Positions 20,378-29,964 of a DNA stretch of 64,000 nt are shown one piece after another; the stretch's first letter is position 1; every line of letters starts with the position of its first letter. The stretch comes from Minisyncoccia bacterium (GTDB lineage: Bacteria > Patescibacteriota > Minisyncoccia > Phycocordibacterales > UBA918). Location: the NCBI GenBank assembly GCA_046598345.1, contig JBKJIT010000004.1, positions 2,499-66,498 on the forward strand, read 5' to 3'. The notes beneath the pieces were generated by a model that did no database searches, was not told where the DNA came from, and saw nothing but the letters and a program-made list of their open reading frames with translations. Both the position numbers and the translations under genes were made by a program.

Positions 20378-20776
20378 ATGAAAAATATTTTAAAAAGTAT
20401 TGGGGCGGTTATTGCGGGATTTGTTACTGTTGCAGCCTTATCTATTCTCACCGACCGTGTCCTTGAAACTACGGGTGTACTTCCTCCACCTACCACTCCC
20501 GAAGCGTACGTGACGTGGATGCTCGTACTCGCGTTCTTGTATCGGAGCGCCTACACCGTTTTGGGTGGATACGTAGTGGCGAAGCTTGCTCCACAGAATC
20601 CCATGAAGCACGTGATCGCGCTCATGGTCGTGGGTGGCATAAGCGGCGTACTTGGTGCAGTTGCCGCATGGAGTTTCGGTCATCACTGGTACCCAGTATT
20701 ACTCGCGATCACAGGTCCATTCCTCGTACTTTTTGGAGGTAAACAATACCTGAAGCGATCTCACCTGAACGAGTAG
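20378..20776 (+). CDS. Hypothetical 4-TM membrane protein
   Basis: Hydrophobic profile; GGYVVAKLAP, WYPV motifs. Confidence 0.8.
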   Translation: MKNILKSIGAVIAGFVTVAALSILTDRVLETTGVLPPPTTPEAYVTWMLVLAFLYRSAYTVLGGYVVAKLAPQNPMKHVIALMVVGGISGVLGAVAAWSFGHHWYPVLLAITGPFLVLFGGKQYLKRSHLNE

Positions 20777-20780
20777 CAGC

Positions 20781-21146
20781 ATGATTCGTAAAAAGTTTGG
20801 AAAAGAAGTAGTGACCTTTAGCGACAAGGTCGTCGCGCTCGCGCTCTCTATTCCGAAGGGGAGAGTGACGACGTATGGGCACCTCGCTCGCGCGGCGGGT
20901 GGTGGCAATCAGGCTTCAAGAAGCGTGACTGGTATTTTAGGCAAAGCGTACGACGCGGGAGAAAAGAATATTCCATTTCATCGCATCGTGTATGCGGACG
21001 GCCGCGTATGGATGAATGACGAATATCGTAATAAACGCCTCAAGCTCTACAAACAAGAAAAGATCGAAGTCGACGAACGCGGCCGTATTACAGATTTTGA
21101 AGAGAAGCTTTTTTATGATTTTAAAGGTAGTTTACGTGCCAAGTAG
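20781..21146 (+). CDS. Alkyltransferase-like (MGMT family DNA-binding) protein
   Basis: IPKGRVTTYGHLA; PFHRIV in place of catalytic PCHRV. Confidence 0.85.
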   Translation: MIRKKFGKEVVTFSDKVVALALSIPKGRVTTYGHLARAAGGGNQASRSVTGILGKAYDAGEKNIPFHRIVYADGRVWMNDEYRNKRLKLYKQEKIEVDERGRITDFEEKLFYDFKGSLRAK

Positions 21147-21209
21147 AATGTTGACATTCGAAGTATTGAGAATATAGTCACTGGGGCTAAAACACTTTAG
21201 GAGAAATTC

Positions 21210-21644
21210 GTGGACCAAGTTGACCCACATATTCCAGAGATTTTCGACGCAGAAATGCGTGAAGTTGTACGGAGAATCAAACCGGTGGCAAGTTTCACCA
21301 CTCTGCCATTGGGGAAATATCCTCAGGATGACATCAGTACATACTGGCTCAAATTGCCCAGGAGCTTGCGGAATGATAATTTCCTGCAACAGTCTCGGAA
21401 GTTATTTGGCAGGGTGCGTTTGGTGCAAGCAGCGGAAATCTGTACGTTACACACACCGGGTCAGGGAGAGAAGGAATTCCATCCCACCATCGCAGAGGTG
21501 CTTGCACAGATTCCTGCCAAGTACCTGAACCCCTACGAACCCACCGTGCCGAGAATCGTGGCGTTTACAACAGTTCTTTACGATAAAGTGCCTCGTTTTC
21601 AGGGTTCATTTCATATTGCGCGGACGATTCTCCTGAGTCGCTGA
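21210..21644 (+). CDS. Orphan protein (SD-led unit)
   Basis: TTGACA-16-TATAGT, AGGAG SD, GTG start, terminator at about 21690-21718. Confidence 0.65.
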   Translation: MDQVDPHIPEIFDAEMREVVRRIKPVASFTTLPLGKYPQDDISTYWLKLPRSLRNDNFLQQSRKLFGRVRLVQAAEICTLHTPGQGEKEFHPTIAEVLAQIPAKYLNPYEPTVPRIVAFTTVLYDKVPRFQGSFHIARTILLSR

Positions 21645-21793
21645 TCGCGCATATATTTTTCGTTCAAGACGAATCCTCTGATGCTCTTTCAACCCTGCCT
21701 GCGGCAGGGTTTTCCTTTTGCCCCCTTCATTTGTGCTTCTTGGGAATTAGAGTAGAATGCCTCCACTTATTTTATAAATAGCCCGAAAACACT

Positions 21794-22738
21794 ATGGAAC
21801 ACACTATACGTAATTGGAGCCTGATTTTGGGCATTTTGTCAGTTGTGGCGCTGATTCTCGTTTCCTTCCTCATTGTTAATCCACGGAGCGCAGAGGCGGC
21901 AAGCTGTGGCTTTTATCGTGATTTGCACGTAGGAATGATCGGAGAAGATGTTCGCTGTCTTCAGCAGTACCTCTACACTGATTTTCTCAGCCCGATGGGA
22001 TACACAATCGAGCAAACGGGAAGCTATGGCGGACAGACTGCGCAGGCGGTCATGATGTGGCAGCAGCAAAATGGTATTTATCCTTCAACAGGAACCTTTG
22101 GTCCACTCTCGCGAGCTCGCTACCAAGCAACTTCACTCATGAGTACTGGAGTGAGCTATGGCGGGACTACACAGTACATTGTTCAGTCTGAAGATGAAGA
22201 CGAGGACGATGATGACGATAACGATCGAGATCGAAATCGAAATGCAGAAGATTCCATAGAGGACGCTTTTGATGAAATTCTTGAGGCACTCAACGAAATT
22301 GGCCTCCGCCGCACAAATGCAAACCATGCGCTTGCAAGTCAGGAACTCCGTAACGCTCTCGACGATCTTTCTGATGCGGTGTCTGAATACTTTGATGGAG
22401 ATGAAGACGAAGCTGAAGATCGAGCAGACGATGCGAAGGATAACGCTGAAGACGCGATCGCTGCAGCTGGAGGAAATATCAGCAACAATAATAATGACAA
22501 CGACGAGGTTGAAGATGATCTCGACGATGCGTGGGACGAGTGGAATGACGCATGGGATGAAGTTGAAGATGCTGACGATGATGGAGACGATACCGACGAC
22601 GCTGAAGACCTTCTCGACGACGCTGAAGAATTGCTTCAGGATGCAGAAGACGAACTCGATGACGACGATGAAGATGAGGCCGAAGATTTGATCGAAGATG
22701 CACTCGATCTTATCGATGAAGCTCTGGATGAAATATAA
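21794..22738 (+). CDS. Exported peptidoglycan-binding-domain protein with hyper-acidic helical C-terminus
   Basis: RDLHVGMIGEDVRCLQQYL...WQQQNGI...GTFGPLSRA (PG_binding_1-like); D/E-dominated tail. Confidence 0.8.
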   Translation: MEHTIRNWSLILGILSVVALILVSFLIVNPRSAEAASCGFYRDLHVGMIGEDVRCLQQYLYTDFLSPMGYTIEQTGSYGGQTAQAVMMWQQQNGIYPSTGTFGPLSRARYQATSLMSTGVSYGGTTQYIVQSEDEDEDDDDDNDRDRNRNAEDSIEDAFDEILEALNEIGLRRTNANHALASQELRNALDDLSDAVSEYFDGDEDEAEDRADDAKDNAEDAIAAAGGNISNNNNDNDEVEDDLDDAWDEWNDAWDEVEDADDDGDDTDDAEDLLDDAEELLQDAEDELDDDDEDEAEDLIEDALDLIDEALDEI

Positions 22739-22846
22739 TTAGCGAAGTACACAAAACAGCGGCCCGCATGGCCGCCGTTTATGTGTAATTGACTTTACCT
22801 CCGACAGTTGTATAGTTTCGGGGGTCTTTGAGGAAAGGGAAAGTAC

Positions 22847-23251
22847 ATGAGTCGATCACAGGGTATCAGCAGCTTGAGGGACATATTCGAACATCGTCGG
22901 AGAGCAGAAAGGGAGATGGAGGCAAGGCTTCGCAATCTCCGCAAGCGCGAAGAAGAACTCTGTCGTGACCTCCTTGAGTGGGTTGAGGCTGAGATAGAGC
23001 ATGAAGGTCTTCTTCGCTTTCTCAGAGAAAAACAGGTGCTGAAGAAGGCTCTCGAATCTGAAGCAAAGTCGCATGAGGTGATGTTTGACTATCTCAAGTA
23101 TGATTTCGAAACCGGCTTTAAAGGTGCGAACGCGAGACTCGCTCATCTCAAGCAGATCTGGGAAGGGGAAGTCACTGTATCTTACGGTCCACCGCGGTCA
23201 GGATCAGTACTTATTCCGATCACGTTCAGTATTCCCGAACAAAAACAATAA
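22847..23251 (+). CDS. Orphan coiled-coil protein (SD-led unit)
   Basis: TTGACT-16-TATAGT, GAGGAAAGGG SD, terminator at about 23261-23283. Confidence 0.65.
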   Translation: MSRSQGISSLRDIFEHRRRAEREMEARLRNLRKREEELCRDLLEWVEAEIEHEGLLRFLREKQVLKKALESEAKSHEVMFDYLKYDFETGFKGANARLAHLKQIWEGEVTVSYGPPRSGSVLIPITFSIPEQKQ

Positions 23252-23298
23252 CGTACTCCAGGCCCTCCTCGTGGGGGGCTTTTCAATTTCTTCCTGAG

Positions 23299-23754
23299 CT
23301 ACGACTCTGTTATGTTAAGAAATTTAGCAAGAATGTGTTTCAGGCCGCGGCGCGAAATAATACCAATAGGATGATCTTCGTTGTCCACAATCGGAATGTG
23401 TTGTGTGCCGTTCGCAATTGCGGTGCTGGCAATCGCAATCAGGGAATCGTCGACATGAATTGGTTGAATATCGACACTCATAAAATCGCTCACTAATTTG
23501 TCTCCCGCATTGCGTACCGCTTCACCAAAATCTTTCTCGGTTGCAAATTTTTCAAAGATATCATCACCATTCATGGTGTCGGGAATAACACCACTTAACA
23601 AATCAGCCATGGTAATTTCTCCTGAAAGCACACCTTCCTCGTCGACGACAAGTAGGGAATTCGTTTGCTTTCGAACCATCAGAGAAACAGCATCGTGGAA
23701 TGTTGCATCTTCGCTAACGACGATGGCTTCTTTTGTGAGGTCACGTATCTTCAT
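23299..23754 (-). CDS. CBS-domain pair protein
   Basis: LLVVDEEGVLSGEIT...VSDFMS...IPIVDNEDHPIGIIS. Confidence 0.9.
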   Translation of the reverse strand: MKIRDLTKEAIVVSEDATFHDAVSLMVRKQTNSLLVVDEEGVLSGEITMADLLSGVIPDTMNGDDIFEKFATEKDFGEAVRNAGDKLVSDFMSVDIQPIHVDDSLIAIASTAIANGTQHIPIVDNEDHPIGIISRRGLKHILAKFLNITES

Positions 23755-23843
23755 ACGGCTTTACTATTATTGATATTCTCTTACGATGCGGTAGAGAAGA
23801 TGAAGAACTGATTAAGATTTCGAAAGTTTTAAAAGAGTTGAAC

Positions 23844-23885
23844 CACATATATCATAACGAACATATGTTCGTTATGATATATGTG
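23844..23885. repeat. 42-bp perfect palindrome
   Basis: CACATATATCATAACGAACAT|ATGTTCGTTATGATATATGTG. Confidence 0.85.
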
Positions 23886-23978
23886 CGTATATTGAGAGTG
23901 GATGCAGTGCCTTGATTAAGTTGTATTGAAAAAAGCCGCGACGAACCGTGGCTTTTTTTGTGGGACGAGCGGAGCAGC

Positions 23979-24314
23979 TTATTTATCAGCTCTCGCACGA
24001 ACCCATGAAGTGTGCGCCCGACGTAATTGCCGAAAGTGGTACAGAGGTTCCTTCAAGTCATCGTATATGACTACACCTGCACAGATTAGTACTCCTGCGA
24101 CGGCAAATAAACTCAAACTCATGAACATATACGCCAATCCGACCGGCACATCCATTAAGCGAAGTGCGAACGACAAGACGAACATGCACATACTGATCAC
24201 GAGGGCGCCAAGTATCGCCCAGTTCTTTTTTGCCGCATGTCGCACCCCGTTCAAAAGCACACGGTCGGCTGAGTTGAGGTGAAACTTAACGGGTGTGTGG
24301 AAACTGATCTTCAT
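23979..24314 (-). CDS. Orphan 2-TM membrane protein (SD-led unit)
   Basis: TTGAAT-16-TATATT, GAGGAG SD, terminator at about 23929-23959. Confidence 0.6.
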   Translation of the reverse strand: MKISFHTPVKFHLNSADRVLLNGVRHAAKKNWAILGALVISMCMFVLSFALRLMDVPVGLAYMFMSLSLFAVAGVLICAGVVIYDDLKEPLYHFRQLRRAHTSWVRARADK

Positions 24315-24415
24315 TTTATTCTCCTCTGGAGGTTTGTGAATGTGCTGCTGGAAAAAATATACCACAAATTATGATTTATTCAAGTGTAGGGACGCTACAT
24401 GGTATACTCGGAAAC

Positions 24416-27415
24416 ATGAATACTGAGGCGTTTCAAACGGCCTATAATAGGCTCAATTTAGCCCAAAAACAGGCCGTAGACACGATTGAGGGCCCAGTTA
24501 TGGTCATTGCAGGTCCGGGGACTGGAAAGACGCAGATTTTGACCCTTCGGATCGCTAATATCCTCAGACTTACCGATACCCAGCCGGAGAATATTTTAGC
24601 CCTGACTTTTACGGAATCAGGCGCAAGGGCTATGCGCGAGCGCCTCGCAATGTACATCGGGGCGCCCGCCTACCGTGTGCGGATTCATACATTCCATGAG
24701 TTTGCGGGCGAATGTATTCGTACATATCCCGACGCGTACGAGCGTGCGGTAGGCGGGCGCCCGATCACCGATCTTGAAAAAATCACCCTCATCGAAACCA
24801 TTCTTGAAACTCCTGCTATCAAACTCTTGCGCCCCTCTGGCAATCCACAATTTTATGTGAATCCAATCATGCATGCATTGTCGCTCATGAAACGTGAGTA
24901 CATAACCCCAGACCGTTTTGTGGAAATCATTAGAGCGCAGGAAGAGCTTTTGAATCAGACTCCAAAGCTCCACGAGAAAGGCGCACATATTGGAAAAGTC
25001 CGTGGAGAATACATTGAGCGTGAAAAAACAGTCCTCAAAAATCGTGAGCTACTTTTTATCTACAAAGCCTACGAAGCTGCCCTCGAAGATAACAAATATT
25101 TTGACTTCGACGACATGATCTTTGAAACGGTGCATGCGATGGAGACCAAGGAAGATATGCTGCGCAGCCTTCAGGAAACGTACCAATACATTTTGGCCGA
25201 TGAGCATCAGGATGTAAACGGTTCACAAAACAAAATGCTCGAGTTACTTGCGTCGTATCACGATCGACCAAATTTGTTTGTGGTAGGAGATGAGAAGCAG
25301 TCTATTTTTAGATTTCAAGGAGCGTCACTCGAAAACTTTGTGTTCTTTGAAGAAAAATTCCCGCACACAAAAACTATTAGTCTCACTGAAAACTATCGTT
25401 CACTTCAATCAATTCTTGATCTTGCTCATGAGCTTATTTTGGTAAACGCGGGTGCCGCACTTCTGCTCCGGGTACCGCTTACGGCAACGAAAAAGGGCAC
25501 CCCAGTTATTACACGTTCGACTCTGAGTCATGAAGCTGTCGAACATGATATGCTCGTCACACAAGTAGCTTCGCTTCTTACAGAAAAGGTCCCGCCAGAA
25601 GAAATTGCCATCATTGTTCGAACGAATAAAGAAGTTGAAGAACTTGCAGGGCATCTGCGGAGGCAAGGAATTTCTGCAGAAGCGTCTGCAGACGGAGATA
25701 TTCTTTCGCACCCCATTACCGAGAGTGTACGAACACTTATTTCTATAATTATTGATCCACAAAATGAGGCGGCACTTTTCATGGTGCTTCAGAGTGCGTA
25801 TGTAGGACTCTCACTCTCGGATCTTGTGAAGATTACTAAAAGCCAGTCGTACGCGCATCGCCTTGCGGCAATTATTCAGGATCACGAGTTTCTTGCAGGA
25901 ATCAATGTTGAAGGAATTGCTCAGGTAGAGCGATTGGGAAACATGATTCAAGGAGCGCGCGAACGGATGCAGGCGGAAGCACCACACAGGGTATTGGAGT
26001 ACATTCTTAAAGAGAGTGGTTTTTTTGATTTCGTGCTTGGCGCCTATCCGTATGAAGGCGCGCGCGTGCTTCGGAGGCTATACGACGAGGTTGAGGAACT
26101 TGTGAGACACGGCGAAGCAACGAATCTTTCGAGCATTGAAGCAATGTTTAAAACGAGAATGCTCCACACGCTACCTATTACCGCTCCCTACATTCATGCG
26201 AGCCGTCATGCAGTACAGGTAATGACGGCGCACAAGGCGAAGGGTCTCGAGTTCGAGCATGTGTTTATTCCGCACCTAACTGACGGGAAATGGGGCGGTA
26301 GGAGACACATGGAATATTTTACGATTCCAATTACTGCACATACTGACGAAGCGAAGATGGGTCATGAGGATGATGAACGAAAGCTTCTCTATGTTGCGCT
26401 TACGCGTGCAAAAAGTGGTCTCCATTTGAGTAGTTCAGAGACTAATAGTGAAGGGCGTTCATTTCTGCCCACAAGACTTCTGGAGCATGTTGGAGAAAGC
26501 AGCATTGTTGAAGAAGATGTTTCCTCGTATGAGGAAGGGTTTGATCCCATGGCCGGAATGCTTCCCCATGAACAACCACTTGACCTGGATTCAGATCTTC
26601 TCAAGGAAACACTCCGCGTACGCGGCATCTCTGCAACGGCACTTAACAATTACTTAAAAAGTCCGTGGAATTATTTTTACAGAAATGTGCTCCGCCTCCC
26701 GGAAGTGCAACCTGAAAGTGCCCAGTTTGGAACCGCACTCCATGATTCGCTAAGAAGTGTAATGAAGCATCGGCGTGAAGAGGGAAGTCTACCGAGCCCA
26801 ACACAGTGCAAAACATATCTCGAACGCGAGCTGGGGAAAATGCCCCTCACGGAAAATGAGTACACACGACTTCACGAACGAGCGTTCCTTGCACTCACCG
26901 CGTACATAGCGTATATAACACCAACACTTCCTCATGAAACTAAGGAAGAATATAAACTCACTGCGCTCCTTCAAACGGGAGATCCAGAATTCCCAGAAAT
27001 ATTACTTACGGGACAGCTCGATCGGCTCGACTTTGATACTGACGGAAAGCTCGTCTGTGTCGTCGATTACAAATCGGGGAAGGCGAGGACACGTGGCTAC
27101 ATTGAGGGAACAACCAAGGATTCAAATGGTGACTACAAACGACAGCTTACTTTTTACGCCCTCCTTCTCTCGCTTCAGGAAGATACTAGGCTTCATTCAA
27201 AAGAAGGGCTACTTTCGTTTGTCGAAGCAGACGAGAAAGGAAAAATACACGAAGAAGCGTACACGATAACTGATGCTGAAATCGAAGAACTCAAGAAGGA
27301 AATTATTCGCGTGGCTCTTGAAATAGTACACGGCGCGTTTTTAAACGCGCCGTGTGACCCTGCTGCTTCTGACTATTGCCACCTCGTGAGTGAACTCAGG
27401 AAATCCCGCGATTGA
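24416..27415 (+). CDS. UvrD/REP-family helicase fused to a PD-(D/E)XK nuclease (AdnB/AddA-like)
   Basis: AGPGTGKT, DEHQD, VGDEKQSIFRFQGA, AHKAKGLEF, YVALTRAK; C-term GQLDRLD...VVDYKSG. Confidence 0.93.
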   Translation: MNTEAFQTAYNRLNLAQKQAVDTIEGPVMVIAGPGTGKTQILTLRIANILRLTDTQPENILALTFTESGARAMRERLAMYIGAPAYRVRIHTFHEFAGECIRTYPDAYERAVGGRPITDLEKITLIETILETPAIKLLRPSGNPQFYVNPIMHALSLMKREYITPDRFVEIIRAQEELLNQTPKLHEKGAHIGKVRGEYIEREKTVLKNRELLFIYKAYEAALEDNKYFDFDDMIFETVHAMETKEDMLRSLQETYQYILADEHQDVNGSQNKMLELLASYHDRPNLFVVGDEKQSIFRFQGASLENFVFFEEKFPHTKTISLTENYRSLQSILDLAHELILVNAGAALLLRVPLTATKKGTPVITRSTLSHEAVEHDMLVTQVASLLTEKVPPEEIAIIVRTNKEVEELAGHLRRQGISAEASADGDILSHPITESVRTLISIIIDPQNEAALFMVLQSAYVGLSLSDLVKITKSQSYAHRLAAIIQDHEFLAGINVEGIAQVERLGNMIQGARERMQAEAPHRVLEYILKESGFFDFVLGAYPYEGARVLRRLYDEVEELVRHGEATNLSSIEAMFKTRMLHTLPITAPYIHASRHAVQVMTAHKAKGLEFEHVFIPHLTDGKWGGRRHMEYFTIPITAHTDEAKMGHEDDERKLLYVALTRAKSGLHLSSSETNSEGRSFLPTRLLEHVGESSIVEEDVSSYEEGFDPMAGMLPHEQPLDLDSDLLKETLRVRGISATALNNYLKSPWNYFYRNVLRLPEVQPESAQFGTALHDSLRSVMKHRREEGSLPSPTQCKTYLERELGKMPLTENEYTRLHERAFLALTAYIAYITPTLPHETKEEYKLTALLQTGDPEFPEILLTGQLDRLDFDTDGKLVCVVDYKSGKARTRGYIEGTTKDSNGDYKRQLTFYALLLSLQEDTRLHSKEGLLSFVEADEKGKIHEEAYTITDAEIEELKKEIIRVALEIVHGAFLNAPCDPAASDYCHLVSELRKSRD

Positions 27416-27478
27416 GATTTGAAGAAAACAAAATTGACATAGTTAAAACATGTAATAATCTCCAATTGGAGCACCGAT

Positions 27479-27568
27479 ATGCATCACACGGTATTAACGG
27501 AAGTGGAAATGCTCTACCAGATCAACTGCCTCCGAATCAATGCACTCGGGGAAGTGTTGGCCAGGTAA
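27479..27568 (+). CDS. 29-aa small ORF in a stand-alone SD-led unit
   Basis: TTGACA at 27434, GGAG SD, MHHTVLTEVEMLYQINCLRINALGEVLAR*, terminator 27585-27614. Confidence 0.45.
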   Translation: MHHTVLTEVEMLYQINCLRINALGEVLAR

Positions 27569-27647
27569 TCAGACCTTCATGTTCAAAAACCCGCGACTCT
27601 GTCGCGGGTTTTTTGTATCTGCTTGGATGAGAGGCGTTATTTCCAAT

Positions 27648-28436
27648 TTAACTTTCGAGTTGCCTCAGCATTGTCTCTACCATTTGTTTAACTGTCTCGT
27701 AAGGCTGTGCACCATTAATGATGCCTTGCTGGTCTCCAACAATGAGGAGTGAGTATGGGGTCCCTTGTGCACCAGCCTTTTGAGCCGCAATTACTGCTTG
27801 TCCTACTGTCTCAGCATGCTTTCCGCTGTTGTAGCAGAGTTCAAACTGATTCTTGTCGACGCCTGCAGCAACTGCAAATTCTGACATACGGGTTATATCC
27901 GTTGGTGCAATACTTTTAAGTCCGCCGCTCTCGTTATATTCAATTGTGCGGGAGTTATAGACTGCGTCAGTAAATTTCCAGAACGCTTCATTACCTTTAA
28001 GTTCTGCAACACACTCAGATGCTTCAGAAATTTTTGGTGCGTTTGGATGGAGCTGCACAATGGGGAATTGACGATACACCCACATAACTTTTCCACCTGC
28101 ACCGTAGTCAGCCATGATCCTAGTCATTGTGTCATGAAACACTCGACAGTATGGGCAGTCAAAGTCGGAGTATTCAACAATTTGGATTGGTGCGTTCGGA
28201 TTACCGCGGATGTGATCCTTTTCAGTGATAGGCGCCACTTCAACCTCTGGAGTGACCTGCGTATCAGTGCCGCCAGGAACAATAGGAGTTGGCGTACCAG
28301 TGCTTTTTCCACTAAAGAAAATTGCAGCTGCAATAAGTGCTGCAGCTATAACAATTGCAATTGGGATTCCTAGATTATTTCCTCTTGGCGCGGCGTACTG
28401 TGTTTGTGGCCCTCCTTGTGATTGATCTCCTTCCAT
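27648..28436 (-). CDS. DsbA/BdbD-like thiol-disulfide oxidoreductase, membrane anchored
   Basis: DHIRGNPNAP, EYSDFDCPYC, GTP, GAQPY. Confidence 0.93.
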   Translation of the reverse strand: MEGDQSQGGPQTQYAAPRGNNLGIPIAIVIAAALIAAAIFFSGKSTGTPTPIVPGGTDTQVTPEVEVAPITEKDHIRGNPNAPIQIVEYSDFDCPYCRVFHDTMTRIMADYGAGGKVMWVYRQFPIVQLHPNAPKISEASECVAELKGNEAFWKFTDAVYNSRTIEYNESGGLKSIAPTDITRMSEFAVAAGVDKNQFELCYNSGKHAETVGQAVIAAQKAGAQGTPYSLLIVGDQQGIINGAQPYETVKQMVETMLRQLES

Positions 28437-28535
28437 GCTGCTAGAAAAATTATGCGGGTGTGATACCCAATTATTAATTGCTTATGCATAAAAGTATACC
28501 ATAACGCTTTTTTTGCCATGGTATACTCGAATAAT

Positions 28536-29345
28536 ATGGACATATCTGCTGCGCTTATTCTTGGGCTGGTTCAAGGAATAACAGAATTTCTCCCCGTCTC
28601 TTCCACTGGGCACCTCATTCTCACGCATGCAGTCCTCGGAGTCGAAGATGCGAATGCCTTAGCGTTTGACGCAATGCTTCACCTCGCAACTGCGCTTGCA
28701 GTCATTGTGTATTATTTTGATGAGCTCTTTATACTCGCTCAGTCACTCCTTCGAAAGTGGGGAAGATTGCCAACGAATGAAAAGGATATAGTCCTCATTA
28801 AAGCCATTGCGGTTGCCACCATTCCCGCGGCGGTCCTTGGCTTTCTACTGGAGTCAACCATGGAAACGTGGTTTCGAAATCCGCTCCTCGTCGCGCTCGT
28901 CTTGGTACTGGGCTCAATATTTTTCATGTATGTGGAATATCGGTATCAAAATACGAATGCCTCACAAAACATCGATACTAAGATGGGGCTCAAAATCGGA
29001 TTCTTTCAGTCCCTGGCACTTATTCCCGGCATGTCCCGTTCTGGAGCATCGATTGCAGGAGGTATGTTTTTAGGACTCACTCGTGTGGAAGCAACCCGCT
29101 TCGCATTTCTTATTGCGGTGCCCGTGATTCTCGGTGCCGGACTTAAGAAGTCTATTCAACTTATTGCATCTGATATGCCCGTTGATTGGTTACCTATTCT
29201 AGTTGGGGCTCTTACTGCATTTACGGTTGGTCTTTTTGCTATTCATTTCATGATTTCGTTCATTCGAACGCACACCCTCTGGCCGTTTATTTGGTATAGG
29301 ATTATTCTTGCCGGTTTTGTCGTATTCGTGGTCTTTTTCGGGTAG
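28536..29345 (+). CDS. uppP: Undecaprenyl-diphosphate phosphatase
   Basis: GLVQGITEFLPVSSTGHL, PGMSRSGASI. Confidence 0.96.
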   Translation: MDISAALILGLVQGITEFLPVSSTGHLILTHAVLGVEDANALAFDAMLHLATALAVIVYYFDELFILAQSLLRKWGRLPTNEKDIVLIKAIAVATIPAAVLGFLLESTMETWFRNPLLVALVLVLGSIFFMYVEYRYQNTNASQNIDTKMGLKIGFFQSLALIPGMSRSGASIAGGMFLGLTRVEATRFAFLIAVPVILGAGLKKSIQLIASDMPVDWLPILVGALTAFTVGLFAIHFMISFIRTHTLWPFIWYRIILAGFVVFVVFFG

Positions 29346-29377
29346 GTCTCTTACATTGTATTGAAGGAATAGTATTT

Positions 29378-29953
29378 TTAAAACGGAAGGGAATGGGTCA
29401 TTGAGTGCGCTTCTCCAGGAATCCAATGCTTAGTTTCAATGGGGACTTCTCTCTTCTTGTGTCCTTCTTTCACAAAGACTTTTTTGTTTGTGAGCATGTA
29501 TTCAAAAAGTTGCTTCGTAATTTCAACATCCTTTTTGCAATATTTTAAAATTGAAGCAATATCTCCTTCACGCCACCATTTGATTGCTTGGAGTCCGTTT
29601 GCACTTTTCTTTGTCCCTAAAGTAGCCTGCGCAACAAGATCGAGGCGCACTCGTTTTCCAAATGCATTTTTTATATCTTCAAGAAGATCAATGCTTTTTA
29701 TGAGGTTGAGGTCACCCGGGTAATACTTATTAAGAAGGGGAATGTCGAAATGGTTACTGTTGTACCCGACAAGTACTTCGGCACGTTCAATTACTGGCCA
29801 GAGCTTATGGAGCTCCTCATGCGTTGCAGATGTATAGCTATCGGATTCAGAATCGTACACACATCCAACGGAGATATCGAGATCTGCTGGATTAGCGGAA
29901 CCGACCTCGTTAAACGTATTTTGCGTCTCCAAGTCAAAAACAACGTATCGCAT
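29378..29953 (-). CDS. RNase H-like 3'-5' exonuclease domain protein (YprB-like)
   Basis: VFDLETQ, GYNSNHFDIP, KYCKKDV. Confidence 0.85.
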   Translation of the reverse strand: MRYVVFDLETQNTFNEVGSANPADLDISVGCVYDSESDSYTSATHEELHKLWPVIERAEVLVGYNSNHFDIPLLNKYYPGDLNLIKSIDLLEDIKNAFGKRVRLDLVAQATLGTKKSANGLQAIKWWREGDIASILKYCKKDVEITKQLFEYMLTNKKVFVKEGHKKREVPIETKHWIPGEAHSMTHSLPF

Positions 29954-29964
29954 ACTACACAAAA

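Noticed and set aside
23851-23878. dif site
   Set aside because: The CATAA and TTATG arms are separated by 14 bp rather than 6 bp.
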